Part shown: positions 29,250 to 39,754 of the stretch, one piece after another
Numbering within the stretch: the stretch's first letter is position 1
Layout of the letters: each line of letters starts with the position of its first letter
Origin: Pelagomonas calceolata
Lineage: Eukaryota
Reading direction: 5' to 3'
Assembly: GCA_918797485.1 (NCBI GenBank)
Contig: CAKKNE010000004.1
Span: 3,534,001 to 3,598,000 of the forward strand
Length of the DNA: 64,000 nt
Made by a program: the position numbers and the translations under genes
The notes under the pieces: model-generated
What the model saw: only the letters and a program-made list of their open reading frames with translations
Told to the model about the DNA's origin: nothing
Database searches by the model: none

Positions 29250-32200
29250 ATGCCGGTCGCCGCGGACCACGTGAAGAAGGAGCGCGCGCCCGGCGTGCTC
29301 GAGTCGCTCGACCAGCTGCGCGCCGACCGCAAGAAAGCTGTGCAGGCGGCGAAGCCCAAGTACATTACGCACGACCCCGGCTACGCGGACCCCGAGCTCG
29401 TTCCTTCTGTTCGAAAGACGAAGCCCAAGAAGCAGAAAGTCGTGCACGAGGAGGACGATGCATCGGACGGAGAGACCTCGTCGAAGGTGCCCGACGCGCA
29501 AACTTTGCAAGGCTTAACGTTAGGCTTGCGGCCGGTCCGCGACAAAGCTCAATTGGACGGCCAGCCCAAGTCCACGGACTTCGGGCCGGATGTGTTCGAG
29601 CGGGCGTCTCCAAGAGCTAGAGCTACATTAAGGACGTTCCTCTGCGACTTTTTGGTGGACGACAATCGCGGCAACGTGCGGATTCGGCGAGACATTGATT
29701 TGACGAACTACCGGAAGGAGGCATTACGGCCGGTCACGAACTCGATCATACAAGAGGTTTGTGTGATGCAGCCGCGCATGGTGTCGCTCAACGTCTCGGA
29801 GTGCGAGGAGCTCACGGACATGGCGTTACTGACTCTCGCGAAGCACTGCCCCGAGCTCGAGACGTTGATTGGTCCTGGGATTCCAGGATTCACTAGAGTG
29901 GGTCTTCGAGCATTAGCTCTAGGATGTCCGCGCGTGACCACGCTAGAATTATCGAGGTGTGCTTCGCTCGATGATGATGCTCTGAATGCCATCGCCGCGT
30001 CGCTACCCCATCTGAAACAACTAGTAGTGGAAGATTGCCAAGGCGTCACGGACGACGGTTTGGCGGTACTAGCTTCAGGATGTAGAGGATTGACGAGAGT
30101 GGACGTGTCGGGCTGTCCTAGGGTCGGAGAGTTCGGCGATCGGGCATTACTAGCCCTAGGACGGTACTGCAACGACCTCGTACGATTAGACATGTTCGGC
30201 TGCGCGCACGTGCAGGACGCGGGCATGATCGCGGTCGCGCGCGGTTGTCCCCTTCTGGAGGAGTTGCGGGTGACGGGCTGTCGGGAACTGTCGGGCAAGG
30301 CCCTCTCCAAATTATCTCGGTGTAGGAATTTGAGGGATTTGAGCATAGCGGGATGTGTCAGAGTGCGCGACGCGGACATTTGTAAATTGGTCGGCGTCTC
30401 TCCAGATTCACCAAAACCACCACCACCACCCGGAGGGGAGGTGCTGGCCAAGGCAAGGGCTCATGGTACGCCTACACGCGAGGCCATGGAAGCCATCAAG
30501 CAGCAGGCTACTGCGAGGCCCCCGATCACCGGGGGCGCGACGCAGCTCGAGAAGATCGATCTGAGCGAGTGCCCCGACGTTAGGGCAAGAGCCATCGGCG
30601 CGATCGCGAGAAACTGCCCGGACCTCAAGGATCTGACGTTAGTCGGTTGCGTCTCGGTGGGCGACGAGGCCTGCGAGGCGCTCGCGCGATACTCGACGCG
30701 GTTAAGGCACCTGGACCTGAGCGACTGCCAGCGCATTTCGGAGCGGGGCGTCGGCGCGATCGGGCGGAACGTTACTGGTTTAGCTAAGTTGAACGTGACG
30801 GGGTGCAAGAAAGTCGGTCGAAGGTTCCTCCTGGATCTGATCGACGAACTGCAGTTCTGCGATTTAGCTAGAGACTACGTGGGCTACCAACCCAAAAAGA
30901 ACGCGGACTGGCTGCGGCGGGAGGCGGAAAGAAGGCAGCGCGAGCTCGGGTCGATTATCAAGATCCAAGCGCTGTTCCGCGGCGCAGTATTTAGAACGGG
31001 CCTCGGCGCCTACCGAAGGCGGGTCTTCTTCGAGCGCTGCGTGACGAAATTGCAGGCCTGCGAGCGAGCTAGAACATGGAGGAAAAGAGTAGCGGCCGTG
31101 GCGCTCGCGGACCGCGAGCATAGGGCCGCGACGTGGTTCGCGGCCATGTACCGCGGCAAGATCGCGCGGCGCATCGTGGCGCAGTGGCGGAACCAGCAGG
31201 CGTCGGCGCGAAAGACGTATCGCGCGGCCATGATCATGCAGCGGACGGTCCGGGCCCACCGCGCGAAACGGAGGGTGGAGTCGTTCCGACGGGCCGTCGA
31301 GGCGATGCGCTTGGATGCGGCCAGACTGCGCGCAAGGCAGGAGTGGCGCGCCGTCATGCTCCAGGCGGCGCTTAGAGGTATGTTCGCGCGGCAGGAGGCG
31401 CTACGACTCAAGGCAATACGCGACGCGAAGCGCGCGGAAGAGAAAGCCCGAGCCGAGGCCGCTCTTAGAATACAAGCGCAGTACCGCGCGTCTCTTGGGA
31501 GAGACGAAGCTACACGAAGACGGGACGCCCGTGCTTACAGAAGGTGGCTCTGGCGCACGGCTCGCAAGATCCAGAGCTGGCTGCGGGGCTGCTGGGGCCG
31601 CATGCGCGCGGCCGCCGTTAGAAAAGCCAAGGCCGACGAGATCAAGAACAAGATGGCCACGAAGATTCAGGCGGCCTGGCGCGCGGCAAAGTCGCGGTAT
31701 TTGGCCACCATTCAAGCCTCTCTGGAAGCCTTGCGAGCGGAAGAAAAGGTCGCCGTCGTGCGCATCCAGTCGTCGGCTCGGGCGTACTTCGCGCGCAACG
31801 TCGTGCAGCGGAAGCGCGAAGCGAAACGATTGCTGGAGCTCCAGGGCGTCGCTGCTGCCTTAATTCAACGAATATTGAGAGGCCACTACGGGCGGACGGC
31901 CTGGGAGGTCGCGCAGCGCCAATTAACATTACAAGATCGGGCAGCTCCTCTCTATTCGAGGCTGAATGTACTACTGGATGAAAGTAGAGAGGCCGCCGAC
32001 GCGCGCGACGACGCGACCAAGGCCCACGCCGAGGCCCAGGTCGAGGTCACGCAGATCGAGGCCGAACTTCGAGAATTGTCGCGCGTGGGCCACGACACGT
32101 GGGACACCGGTAGACTCTCCCAGGGCTACGTGCAGCGCTACAAGACGAGCTTCCTCAAACACAGAATCATCGAGCTGCTGGCCAACAAGCGCGCGGCCGT

Positions 32201-32858
32201 CGTCGAGTTCGCCGACATGGCGCGCGAGAAGACCATTGTGGCCAGGGACAAGGCGCGATTGATTCGGGAGGTGCAGCGGGAGATCCGGCCGCTCGCCGAC
32301 GGTCTTGCTGAACGCACTAGACGAGAGCGCGTCCACCGGCTGCGGACGAACGTCCGGCGCAACGCGGCCATGGCGACGCGCTTGCAAAAATTGACAAGGG
32401 GTGTCGTCTGCCGCCAGGCCTTCGATCGGTTGTTGTTGCGCGGCGTCGACCAGTGGCTTGTACTCGAATGCGAGCTGTCGGGCGACCCCTACTTCTACAA
32501 CCGCTTCACGGAGGAACGGCGCGACGTCCGGCCGCTCGAGCTCGACTACGGCGTCATTGTTTCGAGAAGGGACTTCTGCATGCGCGGCCGCATCGGCCGG
32601 CTCATGCAGGAGGCGCGCGACGCCGGCACGCTGCAGGACGTGCCTGATGATGACCCGGAGAACCAGACCGTCCAGACGCCCGTCGACACGATGCCGTCGA
32701 TGACGACGCAGGGCACGGCGCGCTTCACCTGGACGTCCTTCGATGGGAACAGGCCGCCGACGCTGGACCAGCCGTCGCGGGCGTCGTACGACCCGTCCCT
32801 GGCGACGTCGTTCGAGGAGTCGGAGCAGCACATAGACTCCGTTCAGGAGTATGGGTAA
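29250..32858 (+). CDS. AMN1/FBXL-type LRR protein with multiple IQ motifs and a WW-like motif
   Basis: LxxLxLSxCxxI/VxD repeats, many IQxxxRGxxxR motifs, and WLVLECELSGDPYFYNRFTEE. Confidence 0.9.
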   Translation: MPVAADHVKKERAPGVLESLDQLRADRKKAVQAAKPKYITHDPGYADPELVPSVRKTKPKKQKVVHEEDDASDGETSSKVPDAQTLQGLTLGLRPVRDKAQLDGQPKSTDFGPDVFERASPRARATLRTFLCDFLVDDNRGNVRIRRDIDLTNYRKEALRPVTNSIIQEVCVMQPRMVSLNVSECEELTDMALLTLAKHCPELETLIGPGIPGFTRVGLRALALGCPRVTTLELSRCASLDDDALNAIAASLPHLKQLVVEDCQGVTDDGLAVLASGCRGLTRVDVSGCPRVGEFGDRALLALGRYCNDLVRLDMFGCAHVQDAGMIAVARGCPLLEELRVTGCRELSGKALSKLSRCRNLRDLSIAGCVRVRDADICKLVGVSPDSPKPPPPPGGEVLAKARAHGTPTREAMEAIKQQATARPPITGGATQLEKIDLSECPDVRARAIGAIARNCPDLKDLTLVGCVSVGDEACEALARYSTRLRHLDLSDCQRISERGVGAIGRNVTGLAKLNVTGCKKVGRRFLLDLIDELQFCDLARDYVGYQPKKNADWLRREAERRQRELGSIIKIQALFRGAVFRTGLGAYRRRVFFERCVTKLQACERARTWRKRVAAVALADREHRAATWFAAMYRGKIARRIVAQWRNQQASARKTYRAAMIMQRTVRAHRAKRRVESFRRAVEAMRLDAARLRARQEWRAVMLQAALRGMFARQEALRLKAIRDAKRAEEKARAEAALRIQAQYRASLGRDEATRRRDARAYRRWLWRTARKIQSWLRGCWGRMRAAAVRKAKADEIKNKMATKIQAAWRAAKSRYLATIQASLEALRAEEKVAVVRIQSSARAYFARNVVQRKREAKRLLELQGVAAALIQRILRGHYGRTAWEVAQRQLTLQDRAAPLYSRLNVLLDESREAADARDDATKAHAEAQVEVTQIEAELRELSRVGHDTWDTGRLSQGYVQRYKTSFLKHRIIELLANKRAAVVEFADMAREKTIVARDKARLIREVQREIRPLADGLAERTRRERVHRLRTNVRRNAAMATRLQKLTRGVVCRQAFDRLLLRGVDQWLVLECELSGDPYFYNRFTEERRDVRPLELDYGVIVSRRDFCMRGRIGRLMQEARDAGTLQDVPDDDPENQTVQTPVDTMPSMTTQGTARFTWTSFDGNRPPTLDQPSRASYDPSLATSFEESEQHIDSVQEYG

Positions 32859-32874
32859 GGGTTTGTCTAAATAG

Positions 32875-33714
32875 TTATGGCCGGTGGTCCCAGGAGGGCC
32901 GCCGCCGCTGCCCGCCGCTGCCGCTCAGGTCCGCGGGCAGATATTTCGGCGCCGCCCGCGGAGTGAGGCTGCCGTGCGAGCCGGGCCCGCGGGGACTCTG
33001 GCTGCGTAGATCGGCGGGAAGATATTTTCCGCTCGACAGATCCGCGGGACTCCGACTCCGCGCTGGCAGAAAATCGCGGGGACTCTGGCCGCGCGGCGGC
33101 AAGAAGTCGGCCGGCGACGCACTCCGCCCGCGCTCGAGGATCTCAGAGAGGTCCGCCGGCGACCGCGTCCGCCCGCGCTCGAAGATCTCCGGCGCCGCCG
33201 GCTCGAATGACCGCCGCGACAGGTCGGCGGGCGAGGCGCTCCGCCCGCGCCCGCGGACGTCGGGCATTTCGGCGCCGAGCCGTATCTTGTCGAGCTTCAG
33301 GCCCAGCTCCGCGACGCGCGGCTGCGGCGTGTTCCGCGCGAGCGGGTCGCGCGGCGGCAGGCCGCGGCGCGCGGCGGGCGTCGGCCGCGAGCGCGGCGGG
33401 CGCGCGTCTGCCGAAGCGGCGTCGAAGGACTTGGGCTCCGAGGGCTGCGGAGTGACCAATGGAGGACCCGGTTCATCGAAGAAGTGGCGGCGCATGCCGA
33501 CCGGGCGCGCGTCGGGCGTGACCGCGTTCAATGGAGACAGCGCCGCGACGCCGCGTTTGACGGGAGGCAGCGCGTCTTCATTCGACTGGCGCGGCGTGCT
33601 CAGCGACGGCAGCCGCGCGGGCGGCCGGCCGTCACTCTTGGCCTCGGGCTGCCGCCGTCGCGTCTGGCCCAGGGGCTCCAGGAGCCGCGGGCTGTCGAGG
33701 GGCCGGCGGCGGTC
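32875..33714 (-). CDS. Low-complexity protein with RGRSxSPADL repeats; start uncertain
   Basis: Imperfect internal repeats preserve the frame. The stop lies 16 bp from the convergent gene. Confidence 0.5.
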   Translation of the reverse strand, partial: DRRRPLDSPRLLEPLGQTRRRQPEAKSDGRPPARLPSLSTPRQSNEDALPPVKRGVAALSPLNAVTPDARPVGMRRHFFDEPGPPLVTPQPSEPKSFDAASADARPPRSRPTPAARRGLPPRDPLARNTPQPRVAELGLKLDKIRLGAEMPDVRGRGRSASPADLSRRSFEPAAPEIFERGRTRSPADLSEILERGRSASPADFLPPRGQSPRDFLPARSRSPADLSSGKYLPADLRSQSPRGPGSHGSLTPRAAPKYLPADLSGSGGQRRRPSWDHRP

Positions 33715-34088
33715 CATCCGGTGGTGTCGAGGCTGCTCCTGGCAGCAATTAGGTTTACGAGCGGTGGCGGACTTGCTGGTCACGCCGGCGGGCGTCCGAG
33801 GCTGCCCCACGAGCTACTCCGCGGGCGACGCGCCCTGACGATGCCCGACTCGGGCCGAGGTTTTTTTTTTGGCAGCACCCCGGAGCCACTCGGATGGCAG
33901 TTAATGGCAAACATGGGCTTCAGAAAACCCGGGGGTTTAAAACTAGAAGAGCCCAGCCGCCGTTCCCGCGACCAGAGGAGAAGTTCCAGTGCAAGAGGAA
34001 GCAGCCGGAGCGCCGCGCAACAAGACGATCGGGACCAACAACGGCGCACGCTTCTCTCTCTGGACCGCGCGCCGCCAAATTTTCACGG

Positions 34089-34514
34089 ATGGAAAATAGA
34101 CTGTGAGCGACGCGCGGAGCGCGGCTAGACGAGGAGCGGCGGCGATTGGAGGAGGGGGACAAACACGCGCGAGTTGCAGCGGCAACTCGACGCGCAAACT
34201 GAAGTCGCCGATTTGAAAGAAACAAAGCCACGGTTTGCATTACAAAAAACACTCTGCGCAGGGCCGCATCACCTGAGACAGGGCGCGTCGTGCAGGAGCT
34301 TCTCTCTGGACCGCGAGGCGAACGCGCTCTCCGCGGAGAGAGCGGCACGACGGCGCGACGTTGGGAGAAAGGGCATGGAAAATAGACTGTGAGCGACGCG
34401 CGGCGGCGCGGCTAGACGAGGAGCGGCGGCGATTGGAGGAGGGGTTCCGGACAAACACGCGCGAGTTGCAGCCGCAGAAACTGAAGTCGCCGATTTGAAA
34501 AAGAAACAAAGCCA
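34089..34514 (+). repeat. Diverged direct duplication of about 140 bp (34089-34230 and 34375-34514)
   Basis: Both copies run ATGGAAAATAGACTGTGAGCGACGCGCGG...GAAGTCGCCGATTTGAAA..AAACAAAGCCA. Confidence 0.9.
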
Positions 34515-36042
34515 GCTCAACCTCGGGCGCTTTATGGCCTTCGACGGCTTCGAGGCGCCTGGCTGGGTTCTCGTGTTGCGTATTTACCGGAGGAGCCGCC
34601 GCCGGATTCGGACTTCGAAGGCGTCGTGGCCCGTGGGCCGTCGGCGACTTTCTCAGTAGAATTTGTGGTGGTACGCGCGGGCGGGGGAGATTGGCCTCGT
34701 GCGAGCTCACTTTGCGTGCGCGGAGTACCGGCGCCTCCAGGCATTTCTCTCCAGCCGAACTACTGAAGACAACCATGGACGTGGAGATGACGGGGAACTA
34801 CGCTCGCGTCCGCGGGCGCCGGCGCCGGATCCGCGGAGGATCAGAGGCACGCAAGACCATCGACCCGATCACTGGCAAGCCTATCACCGACTTCCAGTCG
34901 CCTGGGTTCATATTACTACGTTAACCCCAATCAAATAAAATGGTGTCTACCAGTCAGAGGCAGAGGGCCGCGCCGTTCACGTTGATTACGTCTGCTCGGG
35001 CGACATGGCCAACCTCCAGACGGTGTCGAAGAAGGGCTTCGCGACTGGGACGTCGGAGAACGCGCGGCCGTGTTATTGTTGCGCGCAGACCAACAGGCAG
35101 ATGACGACGCCCAAGGTAGTTGACGACCTTTGCGACGTCTGCAGAGGGCTGGCACGGCTGCCGCTGCGCCGACGGAACCACTTGCACGCGCGCTTCGCTG
35201 CTTATTGGAAAACCCCAACCAAAACGGGTTTTACGCAAAGTTCGACTGTCGGACGCAATTAGAACACGCCACGCCAAATTCTGATGCGCTCATCTCCCTG
35301 GCCGTGCGTCTTGCATTTAGAAAACCGGACGCGCGAAGCGTTGCCAATTTGTGATCTACGAGGACCCCGTGCGGCCGCGCCCCTCTGCGCGCCGGACGAC
35401 GCCAAGCGGAGCTACGAGGCCACCGATGGTGCTATATCGAAAACGAAGATCTGCACGGAGCATCCCGCGGGCCACAGCTTATTTGCCCGGTTCTCGCCCC
35501 TCTTGCGGCCACGAGGCGACGCGGGCCACAAGCGGCGGATGGTGCGCTCAAGCCCGGCGAAAAAGAGCGTCGAGTAGGCTGCGACGAGTCGGCGCGGACT
35601 TCTCGGGCGTTGGGACGCGTGAGCGTCGGCACGTCCGCGCCGGCGACCGGCGCCTAAACTCGCACGACGCCGCCGTCGCCGCCCAGCAAACGACCAGTCT
35701 CGACCTGTGTTTGGGCAATCTAATAAAGTCAACCAAACAAAAAGTCAACTTTGTCAAATCCCACTAGTCGGCCGTAGTGCATCACCTGAGACAGGGCGCG
35801 TCGTGCGGAGCCCCGGGAGCCCCGGCGGACGCCCGTCGCGCCGGCGCCCGACCATTGGGTTACGCAACCCCAATCAAATAAAAAGCGTAAGCTGCCCCGG
35901 GCTGGCACCGCCGACGGAACCATGGTGGACGTGTGCCGCTCCTGCGAGGCCCCGTGCCTCTGCGCGCCGGGAGCCGAGCCCCGCGGGCAGCCCCCGTTCT
36001 CGCCCCTCTTCCACAAGGTGCGCTCCAAAAAGAGCGTCGAGT
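34266..36042 (+). repeat. Colinear duplication: 35779-36042 is a condensed counterpart of 34266-35575
   Basis: Six exact shared blocks of 13-28 bp occur in the same order; see findings. Confidence 0.85.
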
Positions 36043-36446
36043 GCTTCGTGACGGCGCGCATGGCGTTCGCCGAGACGCCGCCCGGCACGGCGGCGTGGCG
36101 CGTCTGGCAGCTCGAGGCGGCGGAACACGTGGCCACGGTGGCCGTCGAGGTCGAGCGCGACGCCCTCACCGTCTGGTGCGGGCCCTTCGACCTCGCGGCG
36201 CCCGACGCTGCGCCGTGTCTCCTCGAGGCGTTCGCCTGCCTCGCGGCGCCGGACCAGACCGCGCCGGTCGTGCGGGAGCTGAGCGGGGCGCAGTGCCTCG
36301 CGTTCCTGGCCGGCGTCCGCGCGCAGTGCGACCCCGCGACGACGCGCGTCGTCGACGGCGTCGTTGACGGCGTCGAGGTCGTCGTCCGGCGCCTCGGCGA
36401 CGACCGCCCGGTCTCCACGAACCTCAAGCGCCGGAAGAACCGCTGA
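35922..36446 (+). CDS. Hypothetical protein (174 aa)
   Basis: GC3-rich, coding-like ORF whose 5' end overlaps the duplicated block. No family recognised. Confidence 0.4.
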   Translation: MVDVCRSCEAPCLCAPGAEPRGQPPFSPLFHKVRSKKSVECFVTARMAFAETPPGTAAWRVWQLEAAEHVATVAVEVERDALTVWCGPFDLAAPDAAPCLLEAFACLAAPDQTAPVVRELSGAQCLAFLAGVRAQCDPATTRVVDGVVDGVEVVVRRLGDDRPVSTNLKRRKNR

Positions 36447-36783
36447 CTTGTTTGATATCCCATTGCCATTGTGGTTTGCCGCCGACCGCCACGACCGATC
36501 CTCCTTTGTTTGTACCACTTGCGCGCCCTCTGGTGTTCGCCCCACGCGAACGCCGACGGCGTTTGTCTCTCTTCTGCCCTGCGGCCCATTTTGCACCGCA
36601 TTGCTGTTCGCCCCGTTTGTCTGTGCCTCGACGTTCGCCCCACGCGAACGCCGCCAGCGCCGTTTCCCCGCCTTGCCTGTCGCCCCCAACGTCTATCTGA
36701 CGCGCCTCCGCACGCGCCTGCCTCTCTTCCGGCATCTGAATCGCATCCCTACCAGGGTGTTTTCTAACATAAAGGTGTACACA

Positions 36784-38025
36784 TTAACATTGTTCCTCGA
36801 AGGCGCTCGCGACGAAGCGCTCGATCATGTCGAGTGCTCGTGAGGGCGCGTCGTGCGGTACGAGGTGCCCCGCGGCGTTGACGGTCAGGTGCGTCAGGCC
36901 GCCGCAACTCCGGTAGTAGCCAGCGATCCCCGAAGACTTCCACGCCTTTCGCGGAGACTCCAAGAAGCGACGCGAGCCAGTCCAGCTCCAATTCGCGAGC
37001 CAGGCCTCCGTCGCGGCGACGCCGTCGCGGGCGTCGAGCTGACCTTGGTACAGGAGCACCGGGACTCCCGCTGCTAATACTGGTTCAAGGAGAGACGAGT
37101 AGGGCTTCATAATGTCGTCGTACAAATTCTCGTGCACCGCTCTGCTCTCTTGGCGCCACGTCGCGTCGGCTGGAAGGTTCAGGCTCTTCTTCGTCTCGGC
37201 GCTATTGAGGAATGCGGTAAATGGTTCGTCGTACTCGCCGTACTTGAGAAAACTATCAACATTCGGCGCCGTATCCGGCCCGTTCGCCCCGTCGATATAA
37301 TCGAAGAGGACCGACCTCGCGGCGGTGGCATTCGACCAGCGCCCAGCGTCGATGTGCGCGGCGATATCTAAGGCCAATCGATACGCCCTGTCGCGTTGCG
37401 ATTGGTCGAGTATGCCTACGGCGTAGTAACTTGCTGGGACTGTCAACGTCATCTCACGCGGACACGTGAGCCCGTTTCCAACCGCGACGCCGGAGACCGG
37501 AATGCCGTGGGTGACAAACCGCGCGGCAATTGCGGGCAGGTACTTGCCGGCATAGCTCTCCCCCGTCAGCCAGAGCTGCTTGGTCCGAGTTTCTGGATAC
37601 GCTCCGTAGAAGTTGGCTAGGAATGCGGAGAATGCTTCTGCGACATCGTCTTGGTTGCGGGCGTACGCACCTTCTTGTGCAACACTGAAGCCGGTGCCGG
37701 CCGGCTGGTCCACGTACAGCACGTCGAATTTATTGTTCCACGATGCGTTTCTCGTGTGCAGCGAGCCGTCGTCAGAGACAAAGTAGGGGCCGTTCTCGAG
37801 AAAGAGACCCATCATCGACGACGAGCCCGGGCCGCCATTTAGCCACACGAGCAGCGGTGCCGCTTTGTCGCCCTTACGCGCGGGGCACAGCCAGTAAAAG
37901 TACTGGCGGCCGGGGCCCGCTGGGAGACGGCCGGCGAGCTGCGGACCGAGCGTGGCAGCCGTGGCCGCATAAATGTCGTACTTGGTTTGCGTTGCCAGGC
38001 ATAGCGCTGCGAATAATCGATGCAT
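36784..38025 (-). CDS. Serine carboxypeptidase (peptidase S10)
   Basis: PLLVWLNGGPGSSS, LYVDQPAGTGFS, LTGESYAGKYLP, AGHLVPHDAP. Confidence 0.95.
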   Translation of the reverse strand: MHRLFAALCLATQTKYDIYAATAATLGPQLAGRLPAGPGRQYFYWLCPARKGDKAAPLLVWLNGGPGSSSMMGLFLENGPYFVSDDGSLHTRNASWNNKFDVLYVDQPAGTGFSVAQEGAYARNQDDVAEAFSAFLANFYGAYPETRTKQLWLTGESYAGKYLPAIAARFVTHGIPVSGVAVGNGLTCPREMTLTVPASYYAVGILDQSQRDRAYRLALDIAAHIDAGRWSNATAARSVLFDYIDGANGPDTAPNVDSFLKYGEYDEPFTAFLNSAETKKSLNLPADATWRQESRAVHENLYDDIMKPYSSLLEPVLAAGVPVLLYQGQLDARDGVAATEAWLANWSWTGSRRFLESPRKAWKSSGIAGYYRSCGGLTHLTVNAAGHLVPHDAPSRALDMIERFVASAFEEQC

Positions 38026-38376
38026 TAATAGTGCACTGCGCAGCAGCGCTTGTAAGACACGCTAAACAATTTGCAGTAACGATTTGAGGTCCCAGCAGCA
38101 GTACCGCACCGTGCGGAGCTGCACGGGTATTCGGGAATATTTTTGTGCAGATTTTGGCTACGAACGAGGGTACTAAGTCTTTGTCAACGCTATGCCTAGT
38201 TAGACATACTAGCAAGCAACAAGGCTTAGCAAGCAAGCAAATCGGCGGCGCTTTTGCAGGACCCTGGGTACATTTTTGCACTGCCGCTAGCCGTCTGTAT
38301 ACCCCAGCACGCCCGCGGCACGCCGGAGCTACCCCTGCTGCCGTAGGGGCAAGTTTGGGCACACCTAAAAGCAGCC

Positions 38377-39704
38377 ATGGTGCAAACGCGCCACGCGGCG
38401 CGGCGGCGGCAACGCAACTGGTCGATGTGCCGCATCTGCGAGACGCTGTGGACCATCTCTGGAGTCTGTTGCCTCTGCTACCTGATGCTGCAGCCGCACC
38501 TGATGCTCGACGCCGCGCACCGCGGCCACCACCCGCAACCACCCAAGGCGGTGCCGCACGACCTGTCGCCGCTCGAAGCAATGCTAACAACGACTGAGGC
38601 CCTGGCGAAGGCCCGGGGCTGGCCGAGCCGCGCGGCGCGGGACGCGCTCGCGCGCGGCCTCGAAACAAGAAATGGGCGGCCGCGGCCGCGCCGCTTTGAG
38701 AAAGGCGAGGGCCCGCTGTGCGCCGTGCTCATGTGGACGGCGACGTTCGTCCTGGAGATCGCCAAGTTTCGCGTCTTCGAGCCGTTCGTGGCCGAGCTCG
38801 ACGCGCAGGTGCCCTCTATTAATATGAGCGCCCTCGTCGACTGGACGGAGCTCGGCCAGGCGCACACGCTGCTGCACGTCTTCGCGGAGCACCCGTCGCA
38901 AGTTTTGAGAGGCGGGGCCGTCTCCACAATACCCGACGGCGACGCGACGCGGACGCTCGGCGAGCGCGTCTACCGGAATGTAGGAAGGGTGCGCGCGGCG
39001 GAGCGGGCGAAGCGCAAGCTGAAGCGCCAGGAGACCAAGGCCTTCTGCGACACGCTCAATCGGTCGGCGGCGGCCGGCGTGTGTTATGGGAGAGACGACG
39101 AGCCCCGATTGGGGTGGATGAAGATATCTGGCTTCGCCCTGGCGACGGACGGCACGATGCTTGCCCTTTTTGACGACGTCTCGGGCTGTGTGGAATCAAA
39201 TTCCGGGCGTCCCACGCCATCGACGCGACGTCGTCCCCGTGACCGCGCCGATGCAACCTAATTCACTGGTTGATTTCCACACAGGTCGAGGGTAATATTG
39301 AGGAGCTGCGCGCGGCCCTGCGCCACGCGGCCGATCCGATGTTCCCGGCCGGCGCCGTGCGGCAGACGGCGCCGCTGCATTTGGTCATTGGGCGCTTCGT
39401 GGACTGGCCCGTGTTGAATGACCTCGACCGCGCGCGCGTGAACCTGTGCGTCGAGCGCTGGGCGGCGGCGCTGCGGGAGCACCGCGAGCCGCAAGATGGC
39501 ACGGAGGTGCCCTACGTCGGCGCGACGGCGCGGCTCTACGAGCTCGAGCTGGCGCGCGACGACGCCTTCGGCTTCTTCGAGCGGGCGACGCACCGGAAGG
39601 TGCCGCTCCTCGAGGGCTACCCCGAGGAATACTCCGACGACGAGTCGGTCCGGCGCGAGGCCCGCAAAAAGAAGAAGAAGGACAAGAAGGGGAAAGAGTT
39701 TTAG
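38377..39704 (+). CDS. Hypothetical protein with an N-terminal TM segment; 2 exons (38377-39177, 39285-39704)
   Basis: Removing 39178-39284 joins LALFDD|VEGNIEEL in frame (406 aa). Two His motifs (AHTLL, LHLVI) weakly recall 2H phosphoesterases. Confidence 0.7.
39186..39284. mobile_element. Introner element, short family (99 bp), moderately decayed
   Basis: CTGTGTGGAATCAA ... TTGATTTCCACACAG. TSD GTCTCGGG / GTCGAGGG (6/8). Plus-strand GT..AG intron 39178-39284. The body is similar to 9378-9492. Confidence 0.9.
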
Positions 39705-39754
39705 TTTTTGTTGTTGTCACTAAGTCCTGCCAGTGGTCCTACTAGTACGGTAGA

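Noticed and set aside
34051..36042. Possible CRISPR-like array or LTR pair
   Set aside because: No regular repeat-spacer period, no TG..CA termini and no cas or pol genes. The context is eukaryotic.
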